The notes under the pieces were generated by a model, which ran no database searches, was not told where the DNA came from, and worked only from the letters and a program-made list of their open reading frames with translations. Below are positions 53,898-64,000 of a stretch of DNA of 64,000 nt, piece after piece. Numbering within the stretch: the stretch's first letter is position 1; every line of letters starts with the position of its first letter. The stretch is taken from NCBI RefSeq assembly GCF_009834535.1, contig NC_045697.1:115322001-115386000 (forward strand). Reading direction: 5' to 3'. The translations under genes were made by a program, and so were the position numbers. The DNA comes from Camelus ferus. Lineage: Eukaryota.

Positions 53898-54720
53898 ATG
53901 ATTATTTTTAGTTTTTCTTGATTTCTTGGACTTTTACATATGAATCAAATGTTTTTATATCATGTGCACAATCCTGCATAGACTTTAAAAATCAATCAAA
54001 TTGTTGGGTTTATGATTAATTACCTACAGTTACCTGCTTCTAGTTACTTTGGTGGATTTCTCCTCTACAAGACTCTGATTGGATGGTCCTTAGGAAATGT
54101 AACCTTGAAGAAAGAAGTTATCATTCTGTTTGGGCCACTACTGATATGATTAGATGGGAACACTCACTTGGCCATATTTGCTTTGACCCTGGCCATAAAT
54201 ATGAATTTTCCTTAAAGGTTATTCAAGTTCAATCAGAGCAACAAGCTAAATTTCAGTAAAAGAAACATAACCTCCCACATATTAGGAGAATCTTCCCTCA
54301 ATTACATGATTCATTTATGTGTGTTAACACCAGGTTAGGGTCATTTAAGTTTAAGCCCCATTACATTGGGAACAGTTAATTCATACTATAAATTATCAGC
54401 CTAATAACACTAGGAAATTGGACTGAGTGCCATATCAATGATGCGAGTATAGCATGACTTTTAAAGACAGTGATTGACATAGGACAGACTGGGTCAGACA
54501 ACTGGAGGTATACTGGGCTGCAACTAACGGAAGTTCCTGGTTTAATTTTTCTTACTTATGGGTTTATTAATGCTACTAGCAATACTTTTATTCTGCCTAT
54601 TCTGTAAGCTTATTTCTTATATAACCCAAAGTGTAATTTAGCCTCCAACAAAAATAATGATGACTAAGCAACTTGCAATGGTTTACCAAATACATAGTTC
54701 TATATAAGATTGAAATTGTA
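53898..54720 (+). pseudogene. Decayed retroviral env (gamma-type)
   Basis: Translates to YESNVFISCAQSCIDFKNQSNCWVYD*LP (degenerate CWxC motif), LWWISPLQDSDW, and a hydrophobic anchor-like stretch near 54550-54620; stops and frameshifts. Confidence 0.75.
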
Positions 54721-54970
54721 CTAGTGTAACTCTAGGTATGGAAAGAAGCAGCAAAGAAGAAACACTTCTGGGACCACAGCAGACTCGTAAGACAGGTGGC
54801 CCAGGTTTTTTATGGCTACCACCAACAGAGCCTCGTCCAGTCAGAACACATGGAGTGGCTTCTTAATGAAATCCTTGCCTGACTTGGAATTGAGACGTCC
54901 CAGTACTGTGGGACAAACTGCTCATAAAAAGCCTTCCGAGCCCTGGTCAATTTACAACCAAAAGGGGAGA

Positions 54971-55160
54971 GTTAAAAAAAGAAAGAATGTTGCCCACCAT
55001 CCAGTTCTACAAAGATCAACTAATTAGCCACTACCATCGCTGACCATCAGTGCGCCCTAAAAGGAACTCAGGATGAAAGCACCCCGTGCTTTGGAAAAAT
55101 AGCCCCCTTAGATAGTTCGATATCTCAGGAAGAATTTTAATACACTCAAATTCTTATATC

Positions 55161-55203
<43 letters not shown>

Positions 55204-55442
55204 CCAACATTAATGGAGATACCTATCCCTCATGACTAGCAGTGACCTTTTGTTGGAATGTGTGATTGACTGCATGTATTCCCTAACAAAACCATATGTA
55301 TACACTGGCCATGCCCCCTACCTCTTTCAGCAGTGCATCAGAGCTATCCGAGAGGCTGTCTCTCTGGCTATGGTCCTCAGTAAGATTCTGAATAAAACTC
55401 AACTCATGGCTCTTAACTTGAGCAATGTTTCTGTAGTCAGCA
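54971..55442 (+). mobile_element. 3' LTR of the ERV1 element, containing (TA)n at ~55164-55197
   Basis: Follows the PPT; AATAAA at 55391-96; ends gtcagca. Confidence 0.85.
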
Positions 55443-57116
55443 CTGGTCAAGTTTGGACTTTATTTTGAGAAAAGTTGACTTAGAAAATTATTGATATTAC
55501 CTTTCTGTGTTATGGGAGTACTGGAAGTTAGCATTATATATAAGTAAAAATGGATACACTGCTCTCAGTAGCTTTCACATTTACTGAGCAAGGTATCAAA
55601 AAATATGGATTACCGTTTTACTTATTTGATAATCATAACTGTTTGCCTGGAACCAAAAACACAAATATAACTTTATTAATAACTCTATTGGTTTGATGAA
55701 TGTCTCCTAAGTGTCTAATGAAATTGTTGGATCAAAGTAAAATATTAATTCCCCAATGTCATTTTTTTCATCTTTTTCAGTACCTCCCACTTGCTGCGTA
55801 AGTGGGTAGTGCCCCATCGGAGAAAAAACATAACAAAATTTTTTCAATAAACACTATTAATAAAAAAGGTATATATTATAAGACATTTATTTATAAGTGG
55901 TCTCTTGCTTACTATCTGAAATCACAGGATATAAATTAAAATGAGAAAGTATTGTTCCTGGTTTTACTCCATTAAGTCAGAATTAGATTGGAAAGAAAGA
56001 AATAACGAAGGGTGAACCTTCTAAAAAATCATCTTAACTTGAAAAACAATATCTATGTTATTTTGCCTTTATTTTTTAAATAATCCACTCCTTTGAAAGG
56101 AGAAGCTTTTCATTCCAAGTAAGGACAAAGGATGGTTCTTGGCATTCAGTTGTTCTTTGGTATCTTTTCCTGGAAATTCCACTCTCTCTATCCTTCCTTC
56201 TCCTTTTTATTTCTTTTTTAAATGTTGTCATCCTATTGAGAGTAGATAAAATTGATGAAGAAAAATAAGAATTAATAGAAACTGTGATAAGAACAACTAG
56301 ACAGTAGTGTAAGGAGATCTTGACTGAGGACATTATTCAATCAAGGGCCAGACTTTCATGGACCTTTGACCTCATTCTGCATCTATCTACTCTTGTCATT
56401 CAAGATTCCTAGATCCAGCAAAGACAAAAAAGCTGTAAAAAGAGCAATCAGTGTCTGTTCTAGGATCAACTGTTCTATAAGGCTGCTTCTCTTTCGGTCT
56501 TGCTGAACAGCCTGGGCTCTGTTTCCTACTGCCTTTGTGCCATCTGACCAGCTGCTTTTATTTCACGGGACATCTAGTCAGTGTCCTGAGTCTACTCTCA
56601 CTCCAGAAAAATGCAGAGCAAGAGAAGCATTTCAGTCTTATTTACTCCTTGTTAAAATCCAGACAATGACCAGAGACATCCAGAAGTACACTTGAAAATG
56701 TATTTAAAAATAAAATTGTGAGCAAATAGGAAGCTAATTTAACAAATAATTCATCTATGAGTAATTAGAAGTCATTTGAACTTTCTACAAAGTCCAAGCA
56801 TAACCATGCTTTCTTATCCAGGAAAGATAAGATGATCAATTGATGAAGAATAAATTCTTGAGGGAGGCCTTTCCATATATAAATTCTCCTCAGTTCACAG
56901 GCAATTTCCCTTTTTAAGTCAAAGAAAGGATTTTTCACTTTGAAATAATTCAAGTTCAGATAGAAAGTGCTTGTGCAGGTCCAATATTTATTGTGACCGA
57001 TATCGCCAACTCACTGGTTTTTAAACAGGTGAGAAGTGGAAACAAATAATAGGAAAAAATTTGAATCACCTTCTTAATCCAGTGTTTAAACATAACTGTT
57101 CCACTTATAGCTCCTT

Positions 57117-57181
57117 AAAAAAAAATAGCATTAAAAAATAACATTTAAAAAATAGCATTTACAAAAATAGCATTTAAAAAA
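57117..57181. repeat. Four-copy ~14-bp tandem repeat (aaaaaatagcattt)
   Basis: aaaaatagcatt aaaaaataacattt aaaaaatagcattt acaaaaatagcattt aaaaaa. Confidence 0.9.
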
Positions 57182-57184
57182 CTT

Positions 57185-57403
57185 TGTAGATATTGACAGG
57201 CATATGCAGAGTGGATAAACAAGATTATACCGTATAGCACAGGGAAATATATACAAGATCTTGTGGTAGCTCACAGCGAAAAAGAATGTGACAATGAATT
57301 TGTATATGTTCATGTATAACTGAAAAATTGTGCTCTACACTGGAGGTTGATACAATATTGTAAACTGATTATAACTCAATAAAAAGAAAGAAAAAAAAAA
57401 AAA
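57185..57403 (+). mobile_element. Young short L1 3' tail (distinct subfamily)
   Basis: gataaacaagattataccgtatagcacagggaaatatatacaagatcttgtggtagctcacag...ataactcaataaaaa plus poly-A. Confidence 0.92.
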
Positions 57404-58349
57404 CAATGTCCTGTTGGATTTCATTTAGACTTGAATCTATTAAAATTTTTCAAAATCTCTCTCTAATTAACCCAAAATCTTAATCAGACTTTATTCATGA
57501 TCACAATAATTATTTTTGATTAACTAGAAAATTAAATAATGCTTGCTTTCAAGTTATAAATGGCATTTTAAAGTAGAGTTTAACCTACAGTTACTTTTGG
57601 ACTTAACCAGCATTAGCCAAAAAATATGCACTCGTATAAAATATGAGACCTTTTTGCTGTCATCAGTGAAAAGGAAAGTTAGTGAAGTGTCTTCTCCCAC
57701 TTCTTTAAAATGCTAATGCTATTTCAACACTGACCTAAATTTTTTTTTTTTTTTCTTTTCCCGTTTTCTATTACCTTCTAGATATCAGAGTACCACCAGC
57801 AGCCGTTTTTCATCACTGGCTGAGATTGGCAGAAGCTACACCTTTTCATTATATGTTATTTCTGTTTTCTCAGTTTCCATGTCATCATTTTAATCCTAAC
57901 TTTTTGCATTTGTAATCCTATTATTCCTGCATTTGAAATATGTACACCATCAAATTGCCAGGAGTTACAGTCACAAGAGTGTATAACTAAAAACGGATGT
58001 GATGAGAATAATTAAAATGTATTAAAATGGGAGAAAAATCCAGGCATGAAGATTTATAATATTTTTAAAAAGTGTTTTAAAAAGTGCCTTTTGTAAAGCT
58101 AAAAAGTGCTTGATGATTTCAAGAAATATGGTTCTATGAATCCCACAATAAGAGTTTCCTAAGTGAGACACTGAAAGAAAATATACTAAAGAAAGTATAT
58201 TAAAATAAAAATGAACATTTATTAATAACAGTCTGAAGCCACAGTGATTGATAGTTGGGTGAAGTCTTGGACAGCAGAGCTCCAGTTCTGAACTGGAAGG
58301 CAGAAACAGAAACAGACAGCAGTAGTCAAACTAAAAGTGCCTACTTGTG

Positions 58350-58746
58350 TTCCTGGAGAATGTCATTCTAAGTGAAGTAAGCCAGAAAGAGAAAAATACC
58401 ATATAAGATTGCTTATATGAGGAATCTAAAAAAAAAACCAACAACATAAATACAAAACAGAAACAGACTCACAGACATAGAATACAAACTTGTGGTTGCC
58501 AAGGGGGCGGGGAGTGGGAAGGTACAGACTGGAGTTCAAAATGTAGAATAGATAAACAAGATTGTACTGTGTAGCACAGGGAAATATATACAGGATCTTG
58601 TGGCAGCTCACAGAGGGAAAAAAATGTGACAATGAATATATATATGTTCATGTATAACGGAAAAATTGTGCTCTACACTGGAATTTGACACAACATTGTA
58701 AAATGACTATAACGCAATAACTCAATAAAAAAAGTTAAAAAAAAAA
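58350..58746 (+). mobile_element. Young 5'-truncated L1 (same subfamily as 57185)
   Basis: 3'UTR and long poly-A; 17-bp TSD aaaagt(g/a)cctacttgtg at 58333-49 and 58747-63. Confidence 0.96.
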
Positions 58747-59502
58747 AAAAGTACCTACTTGTGAAGTGAACAGCAGTTAAGAACCGAAAGGGATCTTCAA
58801 CTGAGAACGGCTTGACAAATGAGTTTAAATGGAATTGAGCATCCGTAGATCTAAGGCTCATATAAAACAGCGTACTTGCCAGTGGACGGGAGTCAGGAAG
58901 TCCTAGCATGCATGACCGAGAACCTGATCTCCAAATTTCCCAATATCCCACGGGAAAGAAAATCTGGCCTGCGGGGATAACCTGGCTGTTTTATTTACAC
59001 ATGGCATCTTAAAGAAAAAAGTTGACGTGACTACAAAACTGCCAGACAGGACAGGCTAAGCCTAGACATTAAAAAAGCAAAACACAAGAAGAACAGAGAG
59101 ATTAAAATTAAAAGCACGTGAGGAAACATAATGTTACAGAAAGGCACCTAACCAACTGAATAATTAGCAGATAAAGTCACTAATGATATGTAAACAGCAC
59201 CACATTGTCAAAGGATGTTAAAAATAAGCACAAAGGAGACCTTCAAAGGAGTGAAGGAAGAAAACTACCAGTAAAGACAATAAGAAATTATAAAAACAAA
59301 AAAGGTATGTAAATCAAAACCAGACAGACACCCAAAAGAATTAACTGGGGGCAGGGTATCTCAACACCTGTTCGTAAAGACTATCAGAAGCAGTTTGCTT
59401 TCAGCCGGCAAGGCCAGCAAACCACCTTACTGCCCCATCTCAGGGGTAAATAAACTCTCCAGTCCTACATCATAATTTTTTATTTTGTTTTGTTTTGTTT
59501 TT

Positions 59503-59785
59503 AAGACTTTTTTTTTTTTTTAGCAGTTTTAGGTTTACAACAAAATAGACAGGAAGGTACAGACGCTCCCTACATACTCCCTCTCCACACATGTGCATCA
59601 TCTTTATTTTCATTTACCAGGGTGGTACTTTTGTTTTTTTAACTAAGGATGAACACACTTTGAGACATTATAATCACCAAAGTCCACAGTTTGCCTTAGT
59701 TCGGGCAAAAGTATGATGACATAGATCTCCATTGTTATAATGTTGTACAAAATATTTTCATTGCTCCAAAAACCTTCTGTCCTCC
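59503..59785 (-). mobile_element. L1MC-like 3' end
   Basis: ttagcagttttaggtttacaacaaaatagacaggaaggtacaga...cattataatcaccaaagtccacagttt; similar to 43665-43883. Confidence 0.85.
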
Positions 59786-60094
59786 AGAATGGCACATGGA
59801 ATCTCTTTTTTTTCCCTTGAAAAGAGGTTGAAAGCATTTATGTCTATAAGACCACTCATGGCCCACCCATGCACGGGCCGGACAGGCTCTAGGTGGCAAA
59901 TTCCCCTACTAAATAGTGTGGCTTTTTTTTTCAATATTGAACCCTGTCCCACCGGTCCTGCCCAGCAGCCATGTGGAGGTGCAGGGGGACACGTGTAGGG
60001 TATGTGTTCATAGAAAGGCCTCAAGTTTTGTGCCCCTCGTCACAATGAACCCAGATTCCTGTTGGGTGTGTTGTAAACAGAGGAGTCATTTCCT

Positions 60095-61970
60095 CAGGTC
60101 CCCTGCTCTGAGTGCACCCCACCTATATCATAATTTTGTTCATAAGGATCTTTATTATCGTTTGCTTCCACAAGATATCACAGCCGGTCCTTTATATGTA
60201 TGTCATCATGCCGCGTGGACCTAGTGAGCAAAAGTAGCAACTATCCTACACTTTCTGATAAGATATTTGCACGATGCAGAGTGGGAGGTAAATCTGGTGA
60301 AGCTTCAGAAGGCTTCTACCGCAGTGAAATTTCTAGGGCTCAAATGGTGTGGTCCATGGCAACAAACACTTTCTAAGGTGAAGGATGAGTTGCTACATCT
60401 GGCCCTTTCGACAACCAAAAGAGAGGAACGCTGTCTAGAGAGAGACTCTGGATTTCGGAGGCAACATGTTCCTCGTCTGAGCACGTCACATCATCTCAAC
60501 TACCAGGTGACTTGAGAAGGTGCTACTTTTGAGTGGAGCCCGGAACATGAGAAGGGTCTGCAACAGGTCCAGGCTGCTATCCAAGCTGCTTCATTACTTG
60601 GGCCACATGATCCCACAGATCCAGTGGGGCTTCAGTGGCAGGTAAGGATGCTCTTTAAAGCTTTCCATGGGCCCTTACAGATATATCACAGCCCAGGCTC
60701 TGAGGGTTTTGGAACAAAGACCTGCCATCCTCTGAAAATAACCACTCCCCTTTGGAGACAGGGCTCCTGGCTGCTACTGAGCTTTTGTAGAGACATGCTT
60801 CATCATGGACCACCAAGTTACCACTGCGACCTGGGCTGCGCATCGTGAACTGGGTGTGATCGGAACCACCAACCCACAAAGTTGGGTGCACACATCAGTA
60901 TCCCATCTTCCAATGGAAGTGGTTTATATACAGTTGGGACTGAGCAGGCCCTGAAGGCACAAGGCACAAGCAAGTTAAATGAAAAAGTGGCCCAAATGTC
61001 CATGGTCTCCCTCTTGCTACTCTGTCTTCCCTCCCCTAGTCTCAGCTGTGACCCCATGGGGAGCTCCCTATGATCAGGGGACAGAGAAGGAGAAAACTTG
61101 GGCCTGGTTTACAGATGAGTCTGCATAGGATGCAGGCACCTCCTGAATGTGGACAGCTGCCTGCTTCTCCTGCCTGGGACAACCTTGGACAGTGGTGAAG
61201 GGCCCACCAAAGGGGTGGCCTCAGCTGGGGAGGATTTTAATGATCAAGTGGATAGAATGATCTTTTCTGTGGATACCGGTCAGCCCTTTCTCCAGCCTCC
61301 CCTGTCGTCACCCAAAGGACTCACGGACAAAGTGGCCATGGTGGCAGGGATGGAGGTGATCATGGACTCAGAGGCATGGACTTCCACTCATCAAGGCTGA
61401 TCTGGTTCCTGTCACAGCTGTGTGCCCAATCTGTCAGCGGCACAGACCAACACTGAGTCCCTGAGTCAGCACTGTTTCCAGGGTTGGTCAGCCAGCTACC
61501 TGGTGACAGGCTGATTACGCTGGATCACTTCCATCATGGAAGGGCGGCATTTTGTTTTCACTCTAACAGGCAATCTGGATATGGATTTGTTTTCCCTGCA
61601 CACATTGCTGCTGATGGTGCTACTACCCAAGAATTTTTTTTAAATGACTTGGTCATCATCATGGTCTTCGACACGGCATTGCTTCTGATCAAGGGACTCC
61701 CTTCACAGCTAATGAAGTGCATGGTGGCGCTGTGCTTGCGGATGCAATGATATCACCATGCTCCCCACTATCCTGAAGTAGCTGGTATAGTAGAATGGCA
61801 GAGGGCCCTATGTAAGGCTTAACTATTGTACCAGCTAGGGGGGGTGACAATTCCCTGTGGGGCTGCGGCAAAGGTTTCCCAGAAGGCTCTATGTGATCTG
61901 AGTCAGCATCCAATCGATGATACTGCTTCTCTCATAACCAGGATTTATTTATAGATCCAGAATCAAGGGA
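60095..61970 (+). pseudogene. ERVL pol relic (RT, tether/RNase H, integrase), no LTRs seen
   Basis: Frameshifted motifs HNFVHKDL..LPQDIT, VKFLGLKWCG, FRRQHVPRL, FEWSPEHEKGLQQVQAA, EDFNDQVDRM, CPICQ, typical of HERVL/MERVL Pol. Confidence 0.92.
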
Positions 61971-63134
61971 ACTGACATAAACAGCACTTTTGCCTCTTCC
62001 TTATTCAGTCCTGTTTGTTGTTTCTGCTCACCTTAAGCATTAATTATAAACATAAGACAATCTTTGACAATCATTCTGCATATTCAAATGAAATTGTCAA
62101 AATGATTAGAGTTTTCCTTATTCTTTACCACCAACCATGAAATAGTTCATTGCTTGATCAAAAGTCACTTGGGCATCTTACAATTCCAAGAATGCACAAA
62201 ATAAATGAGAAACAGACAGACATAAAGATTAAAGTATAATACTTATATCATTATCATCTAATGCTAGAATAAATTGCTCAAAGGCCAACTAACAAGTTTC
62301 ATAAAAATAATTAACACATTTGACCAGTTGTTTCAAGGGCTTATAACATAAAATGTGTTGATCTCAAGTTCACTTACACACAACGATAAATGAATCTAAG
62401 AGAAGAGCATTAACAGTAAATATCTGCTGAAAAGTAATTTATAAATGTTTATACAAGTAGATTCTGGAGCTAAGCAACTTTAGTTTCAACAAACACTATG
62501 ATTAAGATTTATAGATAAGTATGTAGTCAATTAAGAAAGGTATTGAGCATATAGGTTTTATTTAAAGTATTATTTCTAGATTTTTTTCAATTGCATTTCA
62601 ATTCATGTGGAATATAAATTATTCTGAGTCAGGATTTATATGATTCTAACCTATATAACATAAAAGTTAATATTCAGTAATAATCCTTACTGTGAAGCTG
62701 TAATGTTAAAATACTGTTTTTCTCATAACAAATTCCTAAGACACTTGCATTATTTATTTCTGAACAGTATTACTATGTTGGAAAAAATATATTACAAATA
62801 AAACCTGTTTCAGCATTATTTAAACTATCTTCATGATCAATCAATTCCTTTATTTAAACTAGTTTGAAAGACCAATAAAACTCTCCTCCATTTTAATAAT
62901 GTTTTAGTAAGACTTACGTTGATTTTTAGAGAAAAAAAAAAAAACCTTAAATTGCTCTGGGTAATAGGTAATGACAGCAAAATGCATAGGAAAGCAAGGA
63001 GTAACAGGAAAACTTCAGTAGCCAGAGAGCCAGGCCTGAGGACTATGATAAAGTTCGTCACTCCCAGTTGAGGACCATGGCAATAGGTTGAGACTGTACT
63101 TTGCTACTGGGTCACTCTACCTTCTGTCTACTGC

Positions 63135-63197
63135 TTTATTTATTTGTTTGTTTATTTATTCATTTATTCATCTATTCATTCATTCATTCATTCATTC
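63135..63197. repeat. (TTTA)n/(TTCA)n simple repeat, possibly an L2 tail
   Basis: tttatttatttgtttgtttatttattcatttattcatctattcattcattcattcattcattc. Confidence 0.85.
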
Positions 63198-64000
63198 CTT
63201 TTGGAATTTTTATTCCACAATGATGTTTCCATGAAGCTCTGCAGTACATGACAGATGTCTAGACTTACTGATTACAGAAGGGACATTTTCCTTACTGTAT
63301 TTATGGTCTAAGCCATTGGGAGGGATTGAGATTTAACTGTCACAACCAGTGAAAACTTGGGTGCAGAGCCAGGACCAAGGATGTGATTCTGTCTACTGAT
63401 TTAGCTGTGGTTTCTCAGCACCGTGCCCTTGGTTGACAGCCTTCTCTCTTGTCTTTTTATTTTTCTTCCACATGTTGCTTTTATTTGATTATTTCTGTCT
63501 GTCTTGGATTCAAGGTCCCCAAGAGAGATCGCCTGATTGGATCAATTTTGAACAATGGTAGACTTTAGGACAGAGCTCCCAGGTGCTCCCAGGTGGCCTA
63601 CAAAAGTCTGTCTCTAAGGGGAGTGCTGGTCCTTGGTCTAATTGGTTGTGATCTTCATGGTAGGATTATGTGGGACATCTCAGAAAGAGGTGGACCTAGG
63701 TGATCCGGTAGGTAGACCAGTGGATCAGAACCTCTTAGGCTTTACTGAAACAGACAATGTAAATGATGAGCTCTTCGTAGATCTTCTCCAATACAGACGC
63801 GATGTTTTAGAAGTGACAGTGTCCAATCCAGCCTATTGTGCCTGTATTGGTAAGACTCCCCTTCTGTATTTCATCTATGTTGGAATGGAATAGAATAGAA
63901 TATCCAGAGCAAGATCTAAGAATTGGAAAAGAGCAATCAGGCATAGTGGCCTTCAGTAAAAATAATAGAATTAGGCAAGGTCAGGGAGTGATTTTTTTAT

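Larger units (their letters stand above)
50143..55442 (+). mobile_element. Defective ERV1-class (MER4-group-like) provirus: partial LTR, AT-rich non-coding internal region, integrase and env remnants, PPT, 3' LTR
   Basis: Integrase C-terminus PGDYAYLKRGHSKDTLQPRWKG...IHISHLK at 53644-53741; polypurine tract aaaaggggaga 54960-70 directly before an LTR ending in CA at 55442. Confidence 0.88.

Noticed and set aside
57117..57181. CRISPR-like repeat array
   Set aside because: Short head-to-tail A-rich repeats with no spacers, in mammalian DNA.
60095..61970. Domesticated pol or integrase gene
   Set aside because: The YxDD motif is mutated, there are frequent frameshifts and an internal deletion near 61200; ordinary ERVL relic.

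Overview
AT-rich, repeat-dense mammalian non-coding DNA, either intergenic or inside a very long intron. It is most likely from a camelid (alpaca/llama/camel), judged from two tRNA-derived SINEs resembling Vic-1 and many artiodactyl-type L1 3' ends; this assignment is from memory, not a database search. I recognise no intact host protein-coding gene. The supplied ORFs are chance ORFs or decayed L1 ORF2, ERVL gag/pol and L2 fragments. Much of the window is transposable elements: old MIR, L2, MLT1, L1M and ERVL relics, an ERV1-class provirus with integrase and env remnants, solo LTRs, and young 5'-truncated L1s, several with readable target-site duplications (TSDs). I found no convincing novel biological system. 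The most noteworthy observations are: (i) a TSD-bounded L1 made of a 5'UTR fused directly to the 3' end, within a three-layer nest and facing a second internally deleted L1; (ii) a young/old L1 chimera; (iii) an ERV with non-matching LTRs; (iv) a dense TCF/LEF+SOX site cluster in unique sequence; (v) speculative spliced exons downstream of LTRs on both strands. Subfamily names and boundaries without a TSD are approximate.
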